Positions 1-12,014 of a stretch of 59,862 bases of DNA are shown in pieces. Below the pieces are notes generated by a model. That model saw only the letters and a list, made by a program, of their open reading frames with translations. It made no database searches and was not told the origin of the DNA. This stretch comes from Eledone cirrhosa (taxonomy: Eukaryota). The position numbers and the translations under genes are program-made. The DNA lies in contig CAXHJY010000777.1 of assembly GCA_964016885.1 (NCBI GenBank), positions 1 through 59,862 on the forward strand, given 5' to 3'. Position 1 is the stretch's first letter; the number at the start of each line of letters is the position of its first letter.

Positions 1-124
1 AACCTCTTTTACTCAGAATTAATATATTTGTTACACATTTTGAGGTAATATGTGATTCTAAATATTATAAAAATCTGTAAATAGATAATTCATTTTCATA
101 AAATATTTACCCATTTTTTTTTTA

Positions 125-477
125 TTTGTTGTGAGCCCCATTTCATGTTAGCCAATTTGTTGTTAGCCCCAATTCATGTTAGCCCATTTGTTCTTAGCCC
201 CATTTCAAGTTAGCCCATTTGTTGTTTAGTCCCATTTCATGTAACCCCATTTGTGTTTAGTCCCATTTGTTGTTAGCCCCATTTCATGTAAACCCCATTT
301 GTTGTTAGCCCCATTTCATGTTAGCCCATTTGTTCTTATCCCCATTTCAAGTTAGCCCATTTGTTGTTAGTCCCATTTCATGTTAACCCCATTTGTGTTT
401 AGTCCCATTTGTTGTTAGCCCCATTTCATGTAAACCCCATTTGTTGTTAGCCCCGTTTCATGTTAGCCCCATTTGTG
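125..477. repeat. Minisatellite of ~17-18 bp subunits with ~142 bp higher-order period
   Basis: Alternating CCCCATTTCATGTTAG / CCCATTTGTTGTTAG units; the variant TCTTAgCCCCATTTCAAG recurs near 192 and 334. Confidence 0.9.
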
Positions 478-667
478 TGGACTTTTGTTCAGATGTACCA
501 AATGTGCCATGTTAAATCCAACTATAGAAAATCACCCTGAGGCCCTCTTACCTTAATGCCCTCAGCATGTGTTCTTTAATTGTTAATCCAGCTCTGACAA
601 CAACCTATCACTACTACAACTTACTTCATAAACATCATTTGTCATATTAGCTCATGCATACATACAC

Positions 668-732
<65 letters not shown>

Positions 733-799
733 TATGTGAATATATCTGTATATATATATATATATATATATGATAAAGACTGGAAAGAAATAAGGCAAG

Positions 800-1125
800 C
801 ATGTTCTGATGGATGTGTAATAGTAGTATATATGAATAACGAAGCATCAATGAGCTGAGAAAAAAAACTTCATAAAAGGAATCAGATGCAGTGTACAGGA
901 GAGGAGATTGTGTTTGTATGGACATGTGGTGCATTGGAGAATGACAGCTGCATAAAAAAAAAAATCAGACTACTTGAGATCGATGGAACCTATGGAATGG
1001 GAAGACCTTCAGAAAATTGAGATGATGCTGTGAAAACTGACCTCACACAGATGAATCTAAAGAAGGAGATGACCAAGGATTGAAATGATTGGCACCATGT
1101 TGTACTGCAGAAGACTCACAGGATG
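800..1125 (+). mobile_element. Decayed RTE-clade LINE, C-terminal fragment
   Basis: Manual translation gives GIRCSVQERRLCLYGHVV...GRP...DDAVKTDL...DW, resembling the RTE ORF end, with stops and frameshifts. Confidence 0.7.
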
Positions 1126-1331
1126 AAGCGAGAATTGAGAAGATGGCCCTCACCTGCAAGTGTGGTTCCAACATGCTTCCTGTCTCCTACCTCGAAGAAG
1201 CAGAGAGATGAAACACCTACCTCTTCGTCTACCAGTATATTCCTATATCCCTGTCATATATATATATATATGTATATATATATGTATACATATATATATG
1301 TAATACATATATATATACATAAATATATACA

Positions 1332-1563
1332 TATAGAGCAAATATTTATTAAAATAACAGATTAAAGTTTAAGCAAAGAATTGCAGCTTTCACCCTTAAC
1401 GGGATCTTCTGAAACTAAAAAATCAAGATCTAAAAAATCAATTCTTTGCTTAAACTTTAATCTGTTATTTTAATAAATATTTGCTCTATGGTTCTTATAT
1501 ATCTGATATATATTTATCCTTATTGATCCCTCTTTGGATTTTAGTCTTCACATTTATTATTAT

Positions 1564-1567
<4 letters not shown>
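1332..1567 (-). mobile_element. Family C fold-back repeat (Penelope-like pLTR/retrozyme fragment)
   Basis: Inverted arms ~1332-1382 and 1440-1489; further copies at 2222-2395 and 31640-31808; flanked by (TA)n; contains an HHR. Confidence 0.75.
1366..1416 (-). ncRNA. Type I hammerhead-like motif, family C (core CAGAAGA)
   Basis: Minus strand reads AGTTT-CAGAAGA-TCCCgttaaGGGT-GAAA-GC...GC-TT-AAACT. Confidence 0.55.
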
Positions 1568-1605
<38 letters not shown>

Positions 1606-1612
1606 TATATAT

Positions 1613-1728
<116 letters not shown>

Positions 1729-1746
1729 ATATATATACTATATATA

Positions 1747-1804
<58 letters not shown>

Positions 1805-1919
1805 TGTCAGTTCTTTGAGACAAGAGAACAGTCCTTCCAACATTTTGTTTGACAAGTTTTCTATGGTTGAATGCCCTTCCTATCTCCAACAATAGAGATG
1901 TTGTTGTATATATATATAT

Positions 1920-2130
1920 ATCATCATCATCATCGTTTAACATCCATCTTCCACGCTAACATGGGTTAGACGGTTTTGTTCCATTTGATGCGGGAATGGT
2001 CAGGAGACTGTGTCTCACTCACATGGAAGTGTCTCTGGCTGGATGCCCTTCCTAACACCAACCACATTTACAGTGTGGACTGGGAGCCTTTTTACTGTGT
2101 CTACACAGCCACCTTACAGTGTGGACTGCT
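1920..2130 (-). mobile_element. Retroposon 3' portion with RTE-type tail ending in (GAT)n
   Basis: Reverse complement ends GGAAGATGGATGTTAAACGATGATGAT; related pieces at 2655-2715, 30825-30880, 47150-47385 and 57970-58010. Confidence 0.75.
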
Positions 2131-2331
2131 GTGTCATCAACACAGTGGACGGAATGGGAAAGAGAGGATGGGGTAGGGTGTGGGGGTAGGGTGTGGGGGT
2201 AGGGTATATATATATATATATAGTAATAATAATAAATGTGAAGACTAAAATCCAAAGAGGGATCAATAAGGATAAATATATATCAGATATATAAGAACCA
2301 TAGAACAAATATTTATTAAAATAACAGATTA

Positions 2332-2384
2332 AAGTTTAAGCAAAGAATCGCTGCTTTCACCCTTAACGGGATCTTCTGAAACTC
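2332..2384 (-). ncRNA. Type I hammerhead-like motif, family C copy 2
   Basis: GAGTTT-CAGAAGA-stem II CCC/GGG-GAAA; stem III AGCA/TGCT; site CUU; helix I partner AAACTT. Confidence 0.6.
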
Positions 2385-2510
2385 AGTAATGTTATTTTAA
2401 TAAATAAATAAATAAATATATATATATATATTATAAATGTATATTATATATATCAAGGGCGGTGCCCAGCATGGCCTCAGCCGGATGGCTGAAACAGGTA
2501 AAAGAGTAAA

Positions 2511-2606
<96 letters not shown>

Positions 2607-2802
2607 CAGTCCTATACGAGCGACAAATCTTACCTCAAGTGGGACAAACCCATTCAACCCATGCTAGAGTGGAAGATGGACGTTAAATGATGATGATGAT
2701 GATGATGATGATGATATATATATATATATATATATATAAATATGTGTGTGAACATATTTACTGCAGAAAGATAACTCTGGTGTTCTGAGATGTATGACTT
2801 AC

Positions 2803-2884
2803 CTGTCCAACAATGTAAGGGGCGTTAGAAGAGTTCTGACAGGATTCAATACCATTTTGTAGGTTGACCTTTGGATTCACACAG
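2803..2884 (-). CDS. Candidate internal host exon (82 bp), peptide CVNPKVNLQNGIESCQNSSNAPYIVGQ, resembling the first half of a Sushi/CCP module
   Basis: TTAG acceptor, consensus CAG|GTAAGT donor, open frame in unique sequence between repeats; polypyrimidine tract is weak. Confidence 0.45.
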
Positions 2885-2895
2885 CTAATTGTAGT

Positions 2896-2979
2896 ACAAC
2901 AACAACATCAACAACAACAACAACAGAAACAACATCCACAACAACAACAGCAACAACTACTACAACATCCCCAACAACA

Positions 2980-3012
<33 letters not shown>

Positions 3013-3712
3013 GCAACAACTACTACAACATCCCCAACAACAACAGCAACAACAACAACAGCAACAACAACAACAGCAACAACTACTACAACACCCACAA
3101 CAACAATAGCAACAATCACAAATAATAGAAACAACATCATCAATAATACAACAAAAAAAAAGACAATGACATCATTCACAACAACAATAAGAAAAACAAC
3201 AATAACAACAGTAACAAAACCGATATGACCCAACAACAACAACAACAATAACAACAACAACAACAAAACATCATCAACCTCCAACAGCAATAACAACAAC
3301 AACAACAACAACAACAACAATAACCTCCAACAGCAATAACAATAACAATAACAACAACAATAACCTCCAACAGCAATAACAACAACAACAACAATAACCC
3401 CCAACAGCAATAACAATAACAACAACAACAACAATAACCTCCAACAGCAATAACAATAACAACAACAACAACAATAACCTCCAACAGCAATAACAACAAC
3501 AACAACAACAATAACCTCCAACAGCAATAACAACAACAACAACAATAACCTCCAACAGCAATAACAACAACAACAACAACAATAACCCCCAACAGCAATA
3601 ACAACAACAACAACAATAACCTCCAACAGCAATAACAATAACAATAACAACAACAATAACCCCCAACAGCAATAACAACAACAACAACAACAATAACCCC
3701 CCCAACAGCAAT

Positions 3713-3753
<41 letters not shown>

Positions 3754-3758
3754 CCTTC

Positions 3759-3791
<33 letters not shown>

Positions 3792-3815
3792 AATCTCCAA
3801 CAACAATAACAATTA
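2896..3815. repeat. Compound (CAA/CAG/TAA)n microsatellite with ~30-40 bp superstructure
   Basis: Recurrent TAACCTCCAACAGCAATAACAAC blocks. Confidence 0.95.
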
Positions 3816-3884
3816 TTAGTATTCATCAGTTTATTTGGAACAGGACATGGGGGGGGGGGACAACAACAAAACTACATATATCCG

Positions 3885-4452
3885 CTTATACACACACCAG
3901 CACATGTACAGATATACATATATATATATACAGATACACATACACATATACACACTGTATATACACACTGTACAGATACATACACACATATACACAGATA
4001 CACATACACAGATACATACATATACAGATACACACACATATATACAGATACACACACATATACAGATACACACACATATACAGATACACACACATATACA
4101 GATACACACACATATATACAGATACACACACATATACAGATACACACATATATACAGATAGACACACATATACATATATACAGATACACACACATATATA
4201 TATACAGATACATACACACATATACAAATACATACACATACAGATACACACACATATATACAGATACACACACATATACAGATACACACACATATACAGA
4301 TACACACACATATATATATATACAGATACACACACACACATATATATATACAGATACATACACACACTGTACAGATACTCACACATATACAGATACACAC
4401 GCATATACAGATACACACACATATACAGATACACACACACAGATACACACAC
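3885..4452. repeat. CA/TA-derived minisatellite (~18-20 bp, CAGATACACACACATATA)
   Basis: Direct reading. Confidence 0.95.
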
Positions 4453-5026
4453 AGGTTGTGAACATATATATATATGTATATCATCATCATCATCATCACC
4501 ATTTTATATCAATTCTTAACAATGGGTTATATATATATACATATATAACCCATATATATATATATAACCCATGCTATATATTATATATTATATATATATA
4601 TATTTGTTTTTGTTTTTCTTAAATTATATACAAGTTTTTGTATATAAAAATATTTGATAAATATAATGTGTAACTATAGTTACATATGTTTTGAAATTTT
4701 CTGTAAAATAATTTGACCTGCCAGAAGAAATATTGAAGTGAAATAACACAACAAGCAAAGATGTTGCCATGAGTAGTTGAACACATCTTTTACTGAGCAT
4801 CTTTCATCTGTCATTTGAATTGTCAGCCCCTTGGTGATGGTTGTTGATTTACAAGAAATCTCTATGGTCCCAGGAGTTGAATATTGTTTATGTATGTGTG
4901 TATGTGTGTATGTATATATATATATAAATAAATAAATAAATAAATATATATATATATATATATTAATTCAAAATATTAACAAAATAGATATTCTTGTGAT
5001 CAAGTATATTTTATTATACATATTAT

Positions 5027-5365
5027 GGAGGCACATGGCTTAGTGGTTAGAGCATTGGCCTTGCAATCGAAAGGTTGTGAGTTCAATTCTCAGACCGGGT
5101 GGTGTGTTGTTTCCTTGAGCAAGACACTTTATTTCACATTGCTCCAGTTTACTCAGCTGTAGAAATGAGATGATAGGGACTGAGGTCCTTATCATTCCAC
5201 TGCAAAGTGGTCGTGGAGGCGCCATGGCAAAAAAGCACCCAGCACTCACTGTAAATGAGGTTGGTGTTAGGAAGGGCATCCAGCTGTAGAAATCAAGCCA
5301 GAATCAGTTCCCGTCCCACCCTTGCAAGCAGGGAAAAGCGGACGTAAAATGAAATGAAATGATAT
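5027..5365 (+). mobile_element. tRNA-derived SINE with CORE-like centre and RTE-like tail
   Basis: A box TGGCTTAGTGG, B box GTTCAATTC, CCTTGAGCAAGACACTT centre; near-identical copies at 42398-42734 (-) and 48112-48458 (+), partials at 5690-5852 and 6073-6340. Confidence 0.9.
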
Positions 5366-5418
5366 TTCATGACTGAATGTTAACCATCTACTATGTCAGG
5401 GTATGTCATGCATCATCT

Positions 5419-5485
5419 TATTTTATCTGATGAGGACGTACTGTTGAACTTAACTGAGTACCTCTGAAATATGTATAATAAAATA
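5419..5485 (+). ncRNA. Minimal type I hammerhead ribozyme, family A
   Basis: TATTTTAT-CTGATGA-stem II(GTAC/GTAC)-GAAA-TATGTA-TA-ATAAAATA; 8-bp helix I; AUA site at 5477. Confidence 0.85.
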
Positions 5486-5624
5486 TACTTGATCACAAGA
5501 ATATCTATTTTGTTAATATTTTGAATTAATATTAATAACCCTGGAAAACTTTTGTGTTGAGTGCTTCCAATCTATTGTAAAACTCATTCTTTGATGTATT
5601 ATTCATTGAACCTTGTTTAACTTT

Positions 5625-5671
<47 letters not shown>

Positions 5672-5916
5672 GTGATGTATATATATATACGGGTGATGTG
5701 TTGTTTCCTTGAGCAAGACACTTTATTTCACATTGCTCCAGTTTACTCAGCTGTAGAAATGAGATGATAGGACTGAGGTCCCTATCATTCCACTGTAAAG
5801 TGGTCGTGGAGGTGCCATGGCAAAAAAGCACCCAGCACTCACTGTAAATGAGGTATGTCATGCATCATCTTATGGGTATGTCATGCATCATCTTATGGGT
5901 ATGTCATGCATCATCT

Positions 5917-5983
5917 TATTTTATCTGATGAGGACGTACTGTTGAACTTAACTCAGTACCTCTGAAATATGTATAATAAAATA
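5917..5983 (+). ncRNA. Minimal type I hammerhead ribozyme, family A copy 2
   Basis: Same architecture; stem II GTACTG/CAGTAC. Confidence 0.85.
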
Positions 5984-6336
5984 TACTTGATCACAAGAAT
6001 ATCTATTTTGTTAATATTTTGAATTAATATTAATAACCCTGGAAAACCTTTTGTGTTGAGTGCTTCCAATCTGGTGTTGTTTCCTTGAGCAAGACACTTT
6101 ATTTCACATTGCTCCAGTTTACTCAGCTGTAGAAATGAGATGATAGGACTGAGGTCCCTATCATTCCACTGTAAAGTGGTCGTGGAGGCGCCATGGCAAA
6201 AAAGCACCCAGCACTCACTGTAAATGAGGTTGGTGTTAGGAAGGGCATCCAGCTGTAGAAATCAAGCCAGAATCAGTTCCCGTCCCACCCTTGCAAGCAG
6301 GGAAAAGCGGATAAAATGAAATGATGATGATGATGA

Positions 6337-6422
<86 letters not shown>

Positions 6423-6464
6423 GTATATATAGGAATGAAAAATGGCATGCTGTGTTGTTGCAAA

Positions 6465-6808
6465 TGTGATATACAAATTAAAATGAAGAATTAGAAATAG
6501 AAGCCAGGACAATCCATCATCAGTCTTTTGTCTTCTCGTCAATATTCTCAAGTTCTTATGTTCAAATGAATCATTGACTTGATTTTCTCATGTTTTCCTC
6601 TCTTTACGTTGCCTCACCATTCGTGTTTATTTACCTGTCTCTCTTTCTCCACCCAATTCTTTTTATCCCAATGACTTATTTTAGTTATTGTTCGCGCTAG
6701 CCTGAGGTATCTGGTCTTTAATGCGAAGAAATACCTATGATGGCTAGAAGACCACTGATGATGGATAGTCCTGGCTTCTATTTCTAATTCTTCATTTTAA
6801 TTTGTATA
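6465..6808 (+). mobile_element. Fold-back repeat, pLTR-like, carrying the permuted hammerhead-like motif
   Basis: Arms ~6470-6523 and 6754-6807 are reverse complements; flanked by (TA)n. Confidence 0.6.
6697..6770 (+). ncRNA. Candidate permuted, pseudoknotted hammerhead-like RNA with kink-turn
   Basis: CTAGCC-T-GA-GGTAT-C-TGGTCTT...GAA-ATACC-TAT-GA-T-GGCTAG-AAGACCA-CTGATGA; three perfect helices; stem II not evident. Confidence 0.55.
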
Positions 6809-6840
6809 TGTACATATATATATATGTATATATATATATG

Positions 6841-6873
<33 letters not shown>

Positions 6874-6923
6874 GTATGAGTTTTGCGAGGTTTTTGATAT
6901 GAAATCATGTGTATATAACAATA

Positions 6924-7099
<176 letters not shown>

Positions 7100-7191
7100 C
7101 AACAGTGACATAAACAGGTACTCAATTTTCGTTGGGTTCTGGGCCCCAACTCATTCACCCTGTCATGGGAAAAATAAAAACACACACACAT

Positions 7192-7256
<65 letters not shown>

Positions 7257-7519
7257 CATATTGTTATACTTTGGGAGGGTCATGCTGTCACTAAAAACAC
7301 ACGCACCTGTTGGTTTTCACTTCAATTTATTACAAATTCTCAGTTGGTTGGTTCAGCTAGCAGATGGTTGTTTATATATTGTCAAAGCTCTTTCGTCACA
7401 CATTCTGTGACCTCTGCAGTGACTGATTTATTATTTTGTGTCTCTCTTTTGTTCTGTCCTACACCATCTTGTTTTTGCGTGTTGTGTGCTGTGTGCTGTG
7501 ACAGCAGTTCATTCTTGTA

Positions 7520-7915
7520 GGGTTGTTGTTTGGGAGGAATTGATAGAGGAGGCACGGGAGCAGAAAAGAACAAAGGTCCGTGCAATGGTTGAGGACTGCT
7601 GCAGGAACAGATGGGGAACTAAGTGTATACCATTTATGGCTGGCAGCTGAGGGTTAGCAGCTTATTCCCTTAGCAAAGCCAAACGAACTCTGAGTGTTAT
7701 GGAAGAAAGCAGGAGAGCCACCAAAAATAACATAAAAACAGCAAAGAATGGTTTTGGCTGAAGAGAAGTGACCAATGAGGTCAGTAGCGTACATGGTACT
7801 TAGACACTGACTGAGGTTTGATCAACCTTGGTTGGGTCACCTGGATAAAGATGTATATTGTAAAATCCGAAACACCCAGTGACTACAGGATCCAACACTG
7901 ATGATGTGTTCAATA
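7520..7915 (+). mobile_element. HERO-like RLE LINE, 3' fragment (endonuclease C-terminus and 3' UTR)
   Basis: WEELIEEAREQKRTK...VEDCCRNRWGTKCIP...WLKRSDQ matches my recollection of the HERO C-terminus (WEE..EEA.ERK..KY..LVEEC...GW...C.P). Confidence 0.75.
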
Positions 7916-8019
7916 TTCAATAGTTATTGATGGTAAAGAGTGATCAATATATATATTCATATACCCATGCTAGTAAAATCAAATTAATGTAAAATCAAAT
8001 TAATATATATATATATATA

Positions 8020-8071
<52 letters not shown>

Positions 8072-8075
<4 letters not shown>

Positions 8076-8206
8076 AACGAGTAGGACCCCAACAGCTGAG
8101 CTCAAGCCGTTTCGACGGCTAATTCTGGACTAACCCACTCTACTACCCTAAGTATTGAATACTTTGGTGCGTTATGGTCCACCTGGTTCCTTACCACATT
8201 TCCTTC

Positions 8207-8246
<40 letters not shown>

Positions 8247-8525
8247 GAGGCACGTGGCCTAGTGGTAAGAGTGTAGGACTTACAATCATAATGTCGCGGG
8301 TTCGATTCGTGGGCTGCGTGTTGTGTTACTGAGCAAAGCACTTCATTTCACATTGCTCCAGTATACTCAGCTGAAAATGAGTACCAGCAATAGCTGGAGG
8401 TTTAACCCTGTGATGGACTGGCGTCCTGTCCAGGGGGGAGTCTTGTATTCTCAGTCGCTTCACGCCATGAAACCGGGATAAGCACCGGCCAAATGAACCT
8501 TCTGGCTTAAGACAGACTTTAGACT

Positions 8526-8574
<49 letters not shown>

Positions 8575-8692
8575 ATGAAGGAGTTGTGGTAAGGAACCAG
8601 ATGGACCATAACGTACCAGAGTACTCAATACCTAGTCCAGAAATAGCCATCGAAACGGCTTGAGCTCTGTCGTCTGGGTCATACATTTTCCT
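8072..8692. mobile_element. Family D inverted pair (8072-8210 minus, 8575-8692 plus), each with a hammerhead 3' half, flanking a SINE
   Basis: GAAACGGC...GTCG-TC; additional copies at 17162-17220 and 45955-46050. Confidence 0.65.
8246..8522 (+). mobile_element. tRNA-derived CORE-like SINE with a different 3' tail
   Basis: TGGCCTAGTGG A box, GGTTCGATTC B box, GAGCAAAGCACTT centre. Confidence 0.8.
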
Positions 8693-9076
8693 ATATATAT
8701 ATATATGTATACACATATATATATATAAGTATACATACATTCATACATACATACATATATATATATATATGTATACATATAAGTATACATACATTCATAC
8801 ATACATACATACATATATATATATATATGTATACACACATATATATATATATATGTATACACATATATATATAAGTATACATACATTCATACATACATAC
8901 ATATATATATATATATGTATACATATAAGTATACATACATTCATACATACATACATATATATATATATGTATACACACATATATATATATATATGTATAC
9001 ACATATATATATAAGTATACATACATTCATACATACATACATATATATATATATATATGTATACATATAAGTATAC

Positions 9077-9488
9077 ATGGTGGCTGCCAACTCGTTTTCG
9101 AGTACGGCCACTACTTTATATTCATGTAGGGGAACCCCTACCGATGCGCTGAACGAGTGTGACTTTTGAGTCCAGCCAGCGACTTGAAAACTCTGGTACA
9201 AACACTACACTTGTGACAATTATTGACACATAGTGCTTTGACTTTGGTACCATGTGACGACAAGTGCAGAGAGATCTCCAGATATAAAGCAATGCCTGTG
9301 CCGTGAAGCTTTTATAGTGAGCAAAGGCACTGCACAAAGCCAGTCCCACTCTCTTAACCAAGATGATATTTACCAAAAAGAAGAACAAGTCAACATCATT
9401 GGATACCATCAGGGTTGCAGGTGTTATATCAGAGTTTTCCTTCTCCTAGAATTCTGCCTTGACAAAGGCTAAGGGGTCATCTCTCCCA
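9077..9488 (-). mobile_element. Non-autonomous RTE-derived element, 5'-truncated copy
   Basis: Reverse complement of the 3' part of the copies at 33650-34244 and 59183-59768. Confidence 0.8.
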
Positions 9489-10128
9489 GTATACATACAT
9501 TCATACATACATACATATATATATATATATGTATACACACATATATATATATAAGTATTAATTTCATTAAAACAACAGGAGGCCAGACTGGTGGTTTCCC
9601 TTTAAAGTTTTATTGTTGCGAAAAGCAATATACATATTTCAATGGCTTGGTTATGTAAGACTCTGGTGACATCATCAAGCATGGATTGCATAATTAGTTC
9701 ATCAAAGAAAATACAGCAAACCCAAACAGAGAATAGAGAAAATATTTGAGTGAGAGATAGCCTGCGAAATTGGTGTGATTGTTGTGGCAGACCATTACCG
9801 AATATATATTTATAAACACAACTGTGTACCTCCCACACACACATATATATATATATATACACAGACACGTTCACAAATTCACACACATATACACACATGT
9901 ATGTGTTTATATAGAGGCTTGTTATTGTCTTTTATTGATTCTACTGTAGCTCCAGTTAAAATATTTAGTGATAGTCTTGTAGTAATGATTGTCTAGTAGT
10001 ACTAACAGGGCAGACTACCTAGCTGTTTTATAACACATGTCTATCTATCTATGTATCTATCTGTCTGTCTGTCTGTTTGTCTGCCTGTCTGACTGCCTGT
10101 CTGACTATCTATCTATCTGTCTGTCTGA

Positions 10129-10213
<85 letters not shown>

Positions 10214-10255
10214 AATCTATCTATCTATCTATATGTCTGTCTGAATTATATACCT

Positions 10256-10300
<45 letters not shown>

Positions 10301-11029
10301 TATATATTTAATGATATATGATGCTTGTGAGGGTGATGATGATGATGGTGGTAATGGTGGTGGTGGTGATTATTCGTACATTTTCTGCCACATCTACTGA
10401 AAACATTATTTCTTAAGTCAAATAAGGCTTACCTTTTTATTTTGTCAAGTTTTAGTCTTTCGCTTTCACTCACACACTCACTCTCTCTTTCTATCTCTAA
10501 CTCTCTGTCTCTCTTTTTTGATAGCAATCATTTTTTGACCTTGACCTTTAGAGCTTGACACCAGCATCTCTTACTGCAGCTATTAGCTTTATAGTTTCTT
10601 CTCATATCAATCATCTCTTAAACTTGGCCTTTACAGTTTAAAACCAGCAAAGTCTCTAGCCACAGCTTTTAGCTTTGGTCTCCTCATAGCAATCATAATT
10701 TGACCATGATATTTAGAGCTTGGGACCAGTAAAGTCTCTTCACCATGACCTTAAATAGATACACAGCATAGCTACAATAGCACCACTTGGCATTACATAT
10801 GTTGAAGGAGAATTAGCCGAGTCATTAGAGCCCCAAATTCTTAGTCACCTTTGTGATAACCTTTGAAGTGATCAATTGTTTCATCCTAGTAATGAAGGTG
10901 GATGAGCTGTAGCTCAGTAGTTAGCTTCCAAATAATGGTTGGATGAGGATTTAGGACCAACCAACATCACCCTTTTTCCGCCCGATGAGAATCATGGACA
11001 TACAGCATCATATATACAGCTATGACCAG

Positions 11030-11441
11030 CTAAGCCAAAGGACGTTATAGATAGACAAAGCTAAAATGCCAAGTCAAGTGGGTCTATGCCAAGTGAATCC
11101 AAAGGACATTATAGATAGACAAAGCTAGAATGCTGAGATGAGAGGGGCTATGCCCAGCGAAGTCAAAGGACGTTATAGTTAGACAAAGATAGAATGCCAA
11201 GGTGAGTGGGGCTATGTCCAGTGAAGCCAAAAGATATTATAGATAGACAAAGTTAGAACACCGAGGTGAGTGGGGCTGTGCCCAGTGAAGCCAGGATGTC
11301 ATAGTTAAACAAAGTTAGAACACCGAGGCGAGCGGAGTTTTGCCCAGCAAAGCCAAAGGGCGTTAGAGATAGACAAAGTTAGAACACCGAGGTGAGAGGG
11401 GCTATGCCCAGTGAAGCCAAAAGACATTATAGATAGACAAA
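11030..11441. repeat. 64-bp minisatellite, ~6.5 copies
   Basis: ACAAAG motif ends at 11060, 11124, 11188, 11252, 11314 and 11378. Confidence 0.9.
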
Positions 11442-12014
11442 TTGGTGTAATTGTCCATGGTCCCCGATAAAGCGAATGGGAAAAACCTACATGTCCAATA
11501 CACACAAAGCGATTCTCATTTGAGCAGCAAAAACACGCAAGTATAATATTATTTTTCTCTTTTATTTATAATAGCATGAATTTGGTCAATCGTTAATTTG
11601 GCATTGGCTACTATATATTCGGAGAGATAAGTGTAATGACCGTATCAAAGCGATTTAAACAACTGCCCATTAATAGAACTTACTATACATGTTGTAGCAT
11701 AAAATGTGTGTTAGGAATTAAGAGAAGAGAGCTGATAGTGTAGAGTTAAGTGGCTGAAGTATTGATGTGTGAAGACAGGGGAAAGTGACTTGCTGCAGAG
11801 ATTAAAAGGTTAGTGTTACAACAAGATTTGTACCTCATTAGAGAAAGCATTGGATGCAATCAGACTATGGAAAAGTTAGGTAACATGATCAGTCAGCAGG
11901 ACACGGATCACAGATAATTATGTGTGTTTCTACATATGTTCTCTCTTTCTCTTAATTTCGAGTATATTTTTGCCCGACCACCTTCCTGGTGGCAAGGTTG
12001 TAAAAGAAAAGAAA

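Noticed and set aside
2864-3826. Poly-Q, poly-V/C/L ORFs
   Set aside because: Translations of a (CAA)n microsatellite; no domain content
4690-4880. Open minus-strand frame of ~56 codons in unique sequence
   Set aside because: No recognisable motif and no convincing splice-site pair
5027-5100. tRNA gene
   Set aside because: A and B boxes continue into SINE body and tail in multiple copies; this is a SINE head
9079-9160. HDV-like ribozyme (G.U-started P1, possible P2 ACTCGTT/AACGAGT)
   Set aside because: Only 8 nt are available for P3-L3, there is no P1.1 or canonical J4/2, and it lies antisense at the inferred 3' end
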